Below, piece after piece: positions 31,194 to 40,341 of a stretch of DNA of 64,000 bases. The translations under genes and the position numbers were made by a program. The notes under the pieces were generated by a model. That model had not been told where the DNA came from. It did not search any database and saw nothing but the letters and a program-made list of their open reading frames with translations. The stretch's first letter is position 1. Each line of letters opens with the position of its first letter. The stretch is from Candidatus Poribacteria bacterium (lineage in GTDB: Bacteria > Poribacteria > WGA-4E > PCPOR2b): positions 4,864,001 through 4,928,000 of the forward strand of contig OZ220744.1 in assembly GCA_965116925.1 (NCBI GenBank), read 5' to 3'.

Positions 31194-34100
31194 ATGCAAC
31201 CAAACTTGACTCGATTTATTATTGTTGCTGTTGTTTTGGCGGTAATCATTAGCGCAGGCGCAATCTTCGTTAAAATCTATCCTGACCTGCTCTGGTTTAA
31301 TATGGTCGGCTATCTCGCCATTTATAAAAAAGTGCTACTGACAAAAATAGGTCTGGGAATTGCCGTCAGTGGTTTCTTTCTTGCCGTGACCCTCATCAAT
31401 CTCTATCTCCTGTATCGCTTTACCCCACCTCGGTTGAGTCCAACACTCGTCGAATCGATCCCGCTTGAAGGTATGCCCGATTTTAACCTCCGGAAAGCTG
31501 TTTATGTGATACTGACACTGCTTGCTATTGGAGGGAGTATTGTGGGGGGGTATGCTTCGACAGACTATTGGGAGCAATTCCTCCGCTATTCAAATGCGAG
31601 CGATCTTTCCTTCCAAGCCGCGACATCGCTTGATGCAGCAGCAAATCGAGATGCGACAGATGTCCTCATTTCTGAATTGGAGTATAGTGCGAAAGGACTT
31701 AGAGTAGGAGATGAGATTACAATCAAAGAAGGGGATAGCAGTCATACAGCACAAATCCGCTCCATCAGTCCGGGCGGGGAGGGGAGCGTTAGGGTCGTCC
31801 TAAATCAAGGGCTTAGTTTCGATGCAACCGAAGACGCAGTTTTGGTCGCAGCTGCCCGTGATCCAATTTTTAATAAGGATGTCAGCTACTATGTTTTTCG
31901 GATGCCCTTGGAACGCTTGATTTGCGGCTACCTATTCGGTCTATTTATGCTGGTGACCCTTTTTACAGGTGTGCTTTACTTTTTTCACGGATTACTTATC
32001 AATGATGATAACCGCTTTGCACCGCCACAGCGCGTCAGGACGCATCTGTTCATCTTGATTGGTTTGACACTGCTGTTTCGTGCTTGGAATTACCAGTTTG
32101 TGATGTACGACCTGCTCTACACGACCAACGATGTTGTGCGGGGCGGCGGCGGTTATGCAGCGATACAGGCACGGCTGCCCGTGTTATGGATACTGCTCGC
32201 ACTTACTGTCATCTGCGCGTTGATTTTTTTTATCAGCATTTTTTTAAAGCGTATTTCGTTCGCTGTTGGTAGCGTTATCGTTCTTGTACTTGTTGCCTTT
32301 ATGGGACAAGCCTATCCTCGTATCGTTCAAAACCTGAAAGTTGAACCGAGTAAGCAGGAACTTGAGGGTAGATATATTAATTATAACATCAGGGCAACAC
32401 TGCACGCTTATGATCTGGAGGATAGTACCGTGACCGAGACGGAGTATCCTCTGACGGGGGAACTGTCTTATGATAATATCACGGGGCAGGAAAATGCAGC
32501 AGTAATTAACAGCATCCGGCTTTGGGATTGGCGGCCGCTGCGTCGCACTTTCCGTCAGCTGCAGGAGTTACGTTCACAATACGATTTTGCTGACGTGGAT
32601 ATCGACCGTTACCTGATGGAAAGTGGTGAACCCCGGCAGGTGATGCTCTCTGGGCGTGAACTCAATATTAACGATTTGCCGCGTGAGGTAAGCCGGGACT
32701 GGTTTAAGCGCACTTATGTCTACACGCACGGCTACGGCGCGGTGATGAGTCCTGTGAATGAAATTCTGGACGGAAAGCCGAAGATGTACATTCGGGATAT
32801 GGACCCAATTAATTACGAACCTGAATGGGCATATCGGTTTAACGACAATCCGGGACCTCGAATTTACTACGGTGAGCGTACTAACCACTATGTCATTGTC
32901 CATCCAGATCGGTCAGAGGGGCTTGAGTTTGATTACCCCGAAACGTTTGGACAAGATTTTGCCAAATACTCGTACCAAGGGGTAGGCGGTGTCGATCTTT
33001 CTTCGTTCATCCGAAAATTTGCGTACATGCTGAAATTTAATAACGCACTCAATTTCATCTTGCCCGGCGAAATCCGACCAACCAGTCGTGTCCTCTACAA
33101 CCGGAACATAAAAGAGCGTGTCAGCCAAATCGCTCCATTCCTGAAATATGATAACGACCCTTATCTTATCATCCACAACGGTCGGTTAATTTGGATGATC
33201 GATGCGTATACAACGACCGCGCGTTATCCTTATTCCGCGCCGATGCAGGATGCCATCCGCAGAACCATTATGGAACAGGGTGGCAGACGCGCTGCTGGGC
33301 GTATCGTCGGCGGCGAAAGACCGTGGGGTAATTATATCCGCAACGCTGCCAAGGTCACGATTGATGCCTACGACGGCAGCGTGAACTTCTATCTGATGGA
33401 GCAGGAGCAAGATCCGGTTGCGGAGTGTTATCGTCGTATCTTCCCAGATTTATTCAAACCGTTCGATGCGATGCCCGAAGATCTCAAATCGCATATCCGA
33501 TACCCGACCACGATGTTCCTCATCCAAGCGCGGATGTATCAGGATTATCACATGAAAGATCCGATTACTTTCTACGCGAGTGAAGATCAGTGGCAGATCG
33601 GTGAGGAACTGTACGATAACACTGAGCGTCCTCGTCCCCCACAGGTGCCGCAACCGCCAAGTCCATTCGCACGTACCCAGCAGCTGCCGGAAACGGTCAC
33701 AAATGTGCAAGAGGTTGCCCCTTACTATGTGGTCGTCAAAATACCGGGAGAGGAACGCGCGGAATTTGTCTTGATGCTCCCGTTCACGCCGAAAAACAAG
33801 CCGAATCTCACCGCTTGGATTGCTGCGAGATGCGATTTACCGCAGTATGGACAGCTGCTCGTCTATCGGTTTCCAAAAGGCAAACTCGCCCCCGGGCCGA
33901 TGCAGGTGGAAAACTTCATCACACAAGAGCCCGAAATTTCCCAGCAGATTAGCTTGTGGAATACGCAAGGTTCACGCGTCCTGCGCGGCAACCTACTTAT
34001 CATCCCGATGAATGAGGCGATCCTCTATGTTGAACCGATCTACATCCAAGCTGAGAACGAAGAGTCTGCGATTCCCGAATTGCGTCGCGTTGTTGTTGGC

Positions 34101-34382
34101 TATAAGGAAAATGTCGCATGGGGTGCGAGCCTTGATGAGGTGTTGATTAACATGTTCGGCAAGCGGTTGGAGGTTGCGATGACGCAAAAAAGCACTGATG
34201 ATGAAGCTGCTGAAGGGGTGAGTGCAGCCATCTCGGTATCCACTTCGACACTGGCAAAACAGGCGCGAGAGCAGTTTGAGGCGGCACAAACAGCGCAGCG
34301 CACAGGGAATTGGGCGGAATATGGACGTTACCTGAATCTGCTCGAAGCGACCTTGAAGCAGCTTGAAGCGGATGCTAGATAA
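31194..34382 (+). CDS. UPF0182 family membrane protein
   Basis: LWF...GY, DPIF..D...Y.F, IRLWD, YTHGYG, PRIYYGE, DPYL and GNLLIIP..LYVEP motifs. Confidence 0.92.
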   Translation: MQPNLTRFIIVAVVLAVIISAGAIFVKIYPDLLWFNMVGYLAIYKKVLLTKIGLGIAVSGFFLAVTLINLYLLYRFTPPRLSPTLVESIPLEGMPDFNLRKAVYVILTLLAIGGSIVGGYASTDYWEQFLRYSNASDLSFQAATSLDAAANRDATDVLISELEYSAKGLRVGDEITIKEGDSSHTAQIRSISPGGEGSVRVVLNQGLSFDATEDAVLVAAARDPIFNKDVSYYVFRMPLERLICGYLFGLFMLVTLFTGVLYFFHGLLINDDNRFAPPQRVRTHLFILIGLTLLFRAWNYQFVMYDLLYTTNDVVRGGGGYAAIQARLPVLWILLALTVICALIFFISIFLKRISFAVGSVIVLVLVAFMGQAYPRIVQNLKVEPSKQELEGRYINYNIRATLHAYDLEDSTVTETEYPLTGELSYDNITGQENAAVINSIRLWDWRPLRRTFRQLQELRSQYDFADVDIDRYLMESGEPRQVMLSGRELNINDLPREVSRDWFKRTYVYTHGYGAVMSPVNEILDGKPKMYIRDMDPINYEPEWAYRFNDNPGPRIYYGERTNHYVIVHPDRSEGLEFDYPETFGQDFAKYSYQGVGGVDLSSFIRKFAYMLKFNNALNFILPGEIRPTSRVLYNRNIKERVSQIAPFLKYDNDPYLIIHNGRLIWMIDAYTTTARYPYSAPMQDAIRRTIMEQGGRRAAGRIVGGERPWGNYIRNAAKVTIDAYDGSVNFYLMEQEQDPVAECYRRIFPDLFKPFDAMPEDLKSHIRYPTTMFLIQARMYQDYHMKDPITFYASEDQWQIGEELYDNTERPRPPQVPQPPSPFARTQQLPETVTNVQEVAPYYVVVKIPGEERAEFVLMLPFTPKNKPNLTAWIAARCDLPQYGQLLVYRFPKGKLAPGPMQVENFITQEPEISQQISLWNTQGSRVLRGNLLIIPMNEAILYVEPIYIQAENEESAIPELRRVVVGYKENVAWGASLDEVLINMFGKRLEVAMTQKSTDDEAAEGVSAAISVSTSTLAKQAREQFEAAQTAQRTGNWAEYGRYLNLLEATLKQLEADAR

Positions 34383-34558
34383 GCATGAAAACGTGAAAAC
34401 GAGGGGACGTGAAAACGGGAGAAACAGCGGGTGCGCAAGTGAGCGAATGTGCTTCTCACTTTCTTGTCCTGTTGCTCCCTTGTTATCTCGTCATGGCGCA
34501 ATGACGCGATGAACGAATGAACTAATACACTAATGAACTAACGAAGGAGGTGAACTAC

Positions 34559-34804
34559 ATGGGACTCGATTGGAAACCACGTCATCGGGATATGCTTATT
34601 GGCGGATACTGGTGGTTGGCACGGGTTACGGATAAGGCGCGTGCCAAATTGAACGGTACTATCGGTGAGTACATCTACCCGTGACCGCAGGACAAAAAGT
34701 TCCTGGAGGAACACAAGCTAGATGCTGACGAGTTCGTTGAGATGGTCAAAAGCAATCCGTCAGACGATGATATGATCGCCGCGATGCAAAAGCTCAATCG
34801 ATAG
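34559..34804 (+). CDS. DUF5069-like small protein with in-frame TGA at codon 42; candidate selenoprotein, 81 aa
   Basis: AAGGAGGTGA RBS; MGLDWKPRHRDMLIGGYWWLARVTDKARAKLNGTIGEYIYP-U-PQDKKFLEEHKLDADEFVEMVKSNPSDDDMIAAMQKLNR*; family resemblance continues past the TGA at 34682-34684. Confidence 0.8.
34699..34712 (+). promoter_or_regulatory. Candidate bacterial SECIS hairpin
   Basis: gttcc-TGGA-ggaac; 19 nt between the TGA and the loop; G among the first two loop bases. Confidence 0.5.
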
Positions 34805-34954
34805 GAAACGCAGATCTGCGTTCCGTACAGAAATAGTGAGTAGGAGAGCGGGCAGCGATTTCCCCGAGACATCAGGATTTCGCTGCGCTCAACCTGCTCT
34901 GACTTCCAAAAATATATCTCAGATTTAATAACATAAAACGGAGAATCAGTCTCA

Positions 34955-37462
34955 ATGAAAAAAACAACCTTGTTTACTTTTATGCTATTGTTGGTCTCTG
35001 CACTACTTCTATCAAATAGCTTCGCGCAAGAAAATCCGCAGTGGCAGCTGCCTGATGGTGCCAATGCGCGTTTTGGCAAAGGCTGGATATCTGCACTTGA
35101 CTATTCGCCCGATGGCACCCGGTTAGCAGTTGGCAGTCCCATTGGTATCTGGCTATACGATACGACAACCCTTCAAGAGGTTGACCTGCTCACCGGGCAC
35201 ACGGAAACAGTCTCTACTATCGCATATTCTTCGGATGGGACTATACTCGCCAGTGGAAGTTACGATGATACCATCCAGCTATGGGATACCGCAACGGGTG
35301 AGAGTATCAATACTCTGACTGGACATGAGGACAGCGTGTTGAGCATTGCCTTCAGTCCGGACGGAAAAACCCTCGTCAGTGGAGGCTACGACGATACCGT
35401 TCGCCTGTGGGATGTCGACACCGGCGAAAATATCAACACCTTTACCGAACATGAAGATTGGGTCTCTAGTGTTGCTTTCAGTCAGGCTGGGGATATGATT
35501 GCCAGCGGGAGTTGGGACCAGACCGTTCGCGTTTGGGATATTGCTACAGGCGATAACCTCCATACCTTTACCGAACATACGTCTCTCATTACAACAGTCG
35601 CTTTCGGTTGGGGCGGCACACTCGCTAGTGGAGACTATGATGCGATGATTCATCTGTGGAATGTTAAAACAGGTGAGAAAATCAGAACTCTCACTGGGCA
35701 TACCTCAACTATCTACGAGGTTGTCTTTTCTGCGGATGGAGGTATATTGGCAAGCGCGAGTGAGGATGATACTATCCGCCTGTGGAATGCTGTCACGGGT
35801 GAGACAGTCAAAACCTTTACTGAACACGCTGCTGATGCCTACAGGGTTGCGTTTAGCCCGGATGGCAGCACCCTTGCCAGTGGAAGCGGGGATGCGACCG
35901 TCCGTCTGTGGGATGTTGACACCGGCGAGAGTGTTGGCACCATTACCGGACATGAGAGTCGTGTCCTGAGCGTTGCTTTCGGTCCGGGAGACCGCACACT
36001 CGTTGGTCGGAGTTGGGATCAGACCATCCGTGTCTGGGACACCGAAACCGGAGAGCGTCAACATTTGCTCGTGGGACATACGGACGACGTAGACATTGTT
36101 GTTTTCAGTCGGGATGGCCGTAAGATTGCTAGTGGAAGTCAGGACAATACCGTCCGCTTGTGGGATGCTGAGACTGGCACACACTTGAAAACCCTCGTCG
36201 CGCATTGGGCTTATATTATAACCATCGCTTTCAGTCCCGATGGTACGCTCCTCGCTAGTGGAAGTGAGGACGATACTGTTCGTTTGTGGGATGTCGCCAC
36301 CGGGGAGCGTCTGGGACGGCTTTGGGGACATTATGCTGGTGTCGAGACGCTCGCTTTCAATCGCGATGGCACCCTCCTCGCTAGTGGGAGTCGAGACGCG
36401 GTCATTACCCTATGGGATACCGCCACTAGGGAGTGGCTGCACTTTCTCTTTGGTCATCGTGGCCATGTTCTCACCGTTGCTTTTAATCCGGATAGTACAA
36501 TCCTTGCAAGTGGAGGCTGGGACAATACCATCCGTTTGTGGGATGTCGCCACCGGGGAGGAGATGACAGTTATTCAAGCAAGCGAGTATGGTGTAGAAAA
36601 TGTTATTGAGAGCGTTGCTTTCAGTCACGATGGAAAGACTCTTGCAGCCGGAGGGTGGGGTAATGCAATTGGCTTGTGGGATGTTGCAACAGGTGAGCAT
36701 ATCGAAACCTTTACCGGACACGCCTCTAGGGTTGAGAGCGTTGCTTTCAACTCCGATAGTACAGTCCTCGCAAGTGGAAGCCGGGATGGCACGGTGTTGC
36801 TATGGGCTGTTCCACAACCACCGCCAGAGCCCGTGGAGCCACCGCCCGCACTCGTCGAGGATGTCAACGGGAATGGAGTGGTCAACATCTTGGATTTAGC
36901 ACTCGTTGGCTTGCGTTTGGGACAGATAGGTGAGAATGATGCCGATGTCAACAGGGATGGCGTTGTGGATATTGCGGACTTGGTTCAGGTCGCTGGGGCT
37001 ATCGCCAACGCGGCAGCAGCACCTTCGGTGCAGCCTATAGCATTGGCGAACCTTACCTCCAAAGATGTCGAGGGATGGCTTACCCAAGCACAAGTGTTAG
37101 ATCTAACGGATGTCCGTTCACAAAGGGGAATCCTTTTCCTTGAACAACTTCTTGCAACATTGGCTCCGAAAGAGACAGCACTCTTGCCTAACTTTCCCAA
37201 CCCGTTCAACCCGGAGACGTGGATCCCTTATCAACTCGCCACCGATGCTGATGTGACCCTCACGGTCTATGACACAAAAGGCACACCGGTGCGACAATTC
37301 GATTTGGGACATCAGTCCGCAGGATTCTACACTACTCGGACAAAAGCTGCTTATTGGGACGGGCGCAACGAAACCGGCGAATCGGTCGCAAGTGGAGTCT
37401 ATTTCTATCAACTTCAAGCAAGTGATTATACTGACTTACGGCGGATGGTGATTCTCAAGTAG
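34955..37462 (+). CDS. Secreted WD40-repeat protein with dockerin-like and FlgD/T9SS-CTD-like C-terminal domains
   Basis: Signal peptide; ~13 GH...W(D/N) repeats; DVNGNGVVNILDL/DVNRDGVVDIADL; NFPNPFNPETWIPY...WDGRN..GESVASGVYFY. Confidence 0.9.
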   Translation: MKKTTLFTFMLLLVSALLLSNSFAQENPQWQLPDGANARFGKGWISALDYSPDGTRLAVGSPIGIWLYDTTTLQEVDLLTGHTETVSTIAYSSDGTILASGSYDDTIQLWDTATGESINTLTGHEDSVLSIAFSPDGKTLVSGGYDDTVRLWDVDTGENINTFTEHEDWVSSVAFSQAGDMIASGSWDQTVRVWDIATGDNLHTFTEHTSLITTVAFGWGGTLASGDYDAMIHLWNVKTGEKIRTLTGHTSTIYEVVFSADGGILASASEDDTIRLWNAVTGETVKTFTEHAADAYRVAFSPDGSTLASGSGDATVRLWDVDTGESVGTITGHESRVLSVAFGPGDRTLVGRSWDQTIRVWDTETGERQHLLVGHTDDVDIVVFSRDGRKIASGSQDNTVRLWDAETGTHLKTLVAHWAYIITIAFSPDGTLLASGSEDDTVRLWDVATGERLGRLWGHYAGVETLAFNRDGTLLASGSRDAVITLWDTATREWLHFLFGHRGHVLTVAFNPDSTILASGGWDNTIRLWDVATGEEMTVIQASEYGVENVIESVAFSHDGKTLAAGGWGNAIGLWDVATGEHIETFTGHASRVESVAFNSDSTVLASGSRDGTVLLWAVPQPPPEPVEPPPALVEDVNGNGVVNILDLALVGLRLGQIGENDADVNRDGVVDIADLVQVAGAIANAAAAPSVQPIALANLTSKDVEGWLTQAQVLDLTDVRSQRGILFLEQLLATLAPKETALLPNFPNPFNPETWIPYQLATDADVTLTVYDTKGTPVRQFDLGHQSAGFYTTRTKAAYWDGRNETGESVASGVYFYQLQASDYTDLRRMVILK

Positions 37463-37592
37463 ATGCATTAATTGGCGAAAGAATCCGGGGGTCGCTAAAA
37501 AACTCGGATTCTGAATCTAAGCCATCTTTCGCTCATTTGCCATGTATTTGGGGTTCTGCAAAACGGATAATCAAAAAGGAGAATTAATCTCA

Positions 37593-40127
37593 ATGAAAAG
37601 GATAGTGTTTTTTAGCCTTACTTTATTATTTTTCTCTGCTCTATTTCTATCAAATAGCTTCGCCCAAAATAATCCGCAGTGGCGGTTACCCGAAGATGCG
37701 ATTGCGCGATTCGGTAAAGGGTGGATAGCTGGAATTCAGTATTCGCCTGATGGCAGTCGGCTCGCAGTCGCGACCGCCATCGGTATTTGGCTCTACGATA
37801 CGGCAACCCTTCAAGAAGTTGACCTACTTACCGGGCAGACCGCAATATATGAAAATACGACGTATTCGCCATCTTCTATCGCGTATTCCCCGGTTGAGGA
37901 TATACTTGCCAGTGGGGGTTGGGATCGAGTTATCCGTCTGTGGAACACCACTACGGGTGAGGATATTAAAACTTTGACCGGGCATGAGAGTGGTATTCGA
38001 AGCCTCGCTTTTAGCCCGGATGGAAAGATTCTGGTAAGTGGAAGTTACGACGATACTGTTCGCCTGTGGGATGTTGACACCGGTGAAACCGTTCATATCC
38101 TTTCCGAACATACGGACCGGGTCAACAGCGTTGCTTTTAGCCCAAATGGGGATATGATCGCTAGTGGGAGTTGGGATCAAACTGTCCGCCTGTGGGATGT
38201 AGCTACGGGTGAACTCATTAGAACACTCACCGGACATACCTCTCTCGTCCGGGCGGTTGCCTTCAGTTCGGATGGGGACATGGTCGCTAGCGGAGACTAC
38301 GACGCAATGATCCACTTATGGGATGTTGATACGGGTGCCCCCATCAAAACACTCACCGGACATACCTCTCTTATTTACGATCTCACTTTTTCAGCTGATG
38401 GCATTCTAGCGAGTTCAAGCGAGGATGACACCGTTCGGCTGTGGGATGTTGATGCTGGTATGACCATTCACACCGTAATCGAACATACGGCAGATGTCAA
38501 TCAGGTTGCGTTTAGCCCGGACGGTCGTACACTCGTAAGTGGGGCGTGGGACTCTTCTTTCCGCCTGTGGGACGTTGACACGGGTGAAAATATCGAAACT
38601 GTCACTGGATTTGCGGATGTTGTCTTGAATGTTGCGTTCGGTCCGGATGGGCGCGTACTTGTCGGTCGGAGTTGGGACAGTACCATCCGCCTGTGGAATA
38701 ACGAAACAGGAGAGCGCGAGCACTTCCTTTTTGGGCATACAGACGATGTGGACATTGTTGCGTTTAGTCCGGATGGACATACACTTGCTAGTGGCAGTGA
38801 TGATGATACGGTCCGCCTGTGGGATGTTGACACCGGGGCACACCTGAAAACGCTTGTTGGGCATAGTTCCTATATTATAAGCGTCGCTTTTAGCCCCGAT
38901 GGTAGCATGGTTGCGAGCGGAAGCGAGGATGATGACGTCCGCTTGTGGGATGTCGCCACCGGGAAGCGTTTGAGAACCCTCCGTGGACATGGGACAGGTG
39001 TTGAGAGCCTCGCTTTCACTTCCGATGGAAAGATCCTCGCAAGTGGAAGTCGAGATAGTACTGTTCGTCTGTGGGATGTTGAAACAGGGGAAACTCTGCA
39101 CGTGCTTGGAGGACATTACCTTCATGTTCTGACCGTTGCTTTCAGTCCCGATGACAAGACTCTCGCCAGTGCCGGGATAGATACTATCATTCGTCTGTGG
39201 GATGTTGACACCGGTGAGGAAGTGCTAGCCATTGATAGGGAGGTTCATGGTGTTGAGAGCGTGGCTTTCAGTCCTGATGGAAAAATTCTTGCAAGTGGGG
39301 CGTGGGATGATACGGTTAGTTTGTGGGATGCCACCACCGGTGAGTTATTGAAAACCTTCATCGGGCATTCATCTAGCGTTGAGAGTGTTGTTTTCAATTC
39401 TGATGGTACTACTCTTGCCAGTGGGAGTTGGGACGGCACGGTGCTTCTGTGGAATGCGACACTTCCACCACCCCCCGAGGAGCCACCGCCACCTCCCATT
39501 GTCGAGAAGGACCCGCCGGTTGAGGATGTCAATGGGAATGGGGTGGTCAATATCTTAGATTTAGCACTCGTTGGATTACGCTTGGGACAGACGGGGGAGA
39601 ATGATGCTGATGTCAACGGGGATGGCGTTGTGGATATTGCGGACTTGCTTCAGGTCGCCGGTGCTATAGGCAACGCGGCTGCTGCACCTGCTGGACATTC
39701 CTTGGCACTGACCAATCTGACCCCCGCCGATGTTGAGAGTTGGCTCACTCAAGCACAAGGGTTAGACCTAACCGATATGAGAACGCAAAAGGGGATTCTC
39801 TTCCTTGAACAACTCCTTGCAGCACTGGTTCCGCAAGAAACAGCACTCTTGGCAAATTACCCCAACCCGTTCAACCCGGAAACGTGGATTCCGTACCAAC
39901 TCGCCCGCGATGCCGACGTGACGCTCACAATTTATGATATGAAAGGCACACCGGTGCGACAATTCGATTTGGGGTATCAGTCCGCAGGATTCTACACCGC
40001 CCGGACGAAAGCAGCCTATTGGGACGGACGCAATGAAATCGGCGAATCGGTCGCAAGTGGAGTTTATTTCTATCAACTTCAAGCCGGCGATTATGCTGAG
40101 TTACGACGCATGGTAATTCTTAAATAA
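37593..40127 (+). CDS. Tandem paralog: secreted WD40 + dockerin-like + FlgD/T9SS-CTD-like protein
   Basis: Same architecture and highly similar to 34955-37462; AAGGAG RBS before ATG 37593. Confidence 0.9.
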   Translation: MKRIVFFSLTLLFFSALFLSNSFAQNNPQWRLPEDAIARFGKGWIAGIQYSPDGSRLAVATAIGIWLYDTATLQEVDLLTGQTAIYENTTYSPSSIAYSPVEDILASGGWDRVIRLWNTTTGEDIKTLTGHESGIRSLAFSPDGKILVSGSYDDTVRLWDVDTGETVHILSEHTDRVNSVAFSPNGDMIASGSWDQTVRLWDVATGELIRTLTGHTSLVRAVAFSSDGDMVASGDYDAMIHLWDVDTGAPIKTLTGHTSLIYDLTFSADGILASSSEDDTVRLWDVDAGMTIHTVIEHTADVNQVAFSPDGRTLVSGAWDSSFRLWDVDTGENIETVTGFADVVLNVAFGPDGRVLVGRSWDSTIRLWNNETGEREHFLFGHTDDVDIVAFSPDGHTLASGSDDDTVRLWDVDTGAHLKTLVGHSSYIISVAFSPDGSMVASGSEDDDVRLWDVATGKRLRTLRGHGTGVESLAFTSDGKILASGSRDSTVRLWDVETGETLHVLGGHYLHVLTVAFSPDDKTLASAGIDTIIRLWDVDTGEEVLAIDREVHGVESVAFSPDGKILASGAWDDTVSLWDATTGELLKTFIGHSSSVESVVFNSDGTTLASGSWDGTVLLWNATLPPPPEEPPPPPIVEKDPPVEDVNGNGVVNILDLALVGLRLGQTGENDADVNGDGVVDIADLLQVAGAIGNAAAAPAGHSLALTNLTPADVESWLTQAQGLDLTDMRTQKGILFLEQLLAALVPQETALLANYPNPFNPETWIPYQLARDADVTLTIYDMKGTPVRQFDLGYQSAGFYTARTKAAYWDGRNEIGESVASGVYFYQLQAGDYAELRRMVILK

Positions 40128-40153
40128 GCGCGTGAAAGAGAAGCCGAGTTTAA

Positions 40154-40268
40154 ATGAAGATTAATTTATTAATTGGGTAATTTCCGAGCGATGTCCGGTG
40201 CGGTTGGAAACCGCACCTACCGGGTCTGGGGAAATATAGAATTACCCGTTTAATTTCTTAAAACCCAT
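40154..40268. mobile_element. 115-bp MITE/REPIN-like element, copy 1
   Basis: Identical by eye to 62031-62145; imperfect terminal IRs; central ggtgcggttggaaaccgcacctac hairpin. Confidence 0.85.
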
Positions 40269-40341
40269 AAAAACTCGGCTTCTGAACCCAAACCACCTTT
40301 GCTTATTTGAAGCACAGGAGATAGCGTTTGACGCACCTACT

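Noticed and set aside
34559..34804. Pseudogene or genome-wide UGA=Trp/Gly recoding as the explanation for the TGA
   Set aside because: TGA ends full-length genes here (kduD-like, glnD, ltaE, tkt), so there is no global recoding. A pseudogene is not excluded but is less likely given the Cys position and the hairpin.
34675..35079. 134-aa minus-strand ORF
   Set aside because: Antisense to the selenoprotein candidate and the WD40 gene start; no recognisable motifs.
35279..39125. Repetitive antisense ORFs (IPQ repeats)
   Set aside because: Reverse-complement echo of WD40 codons.
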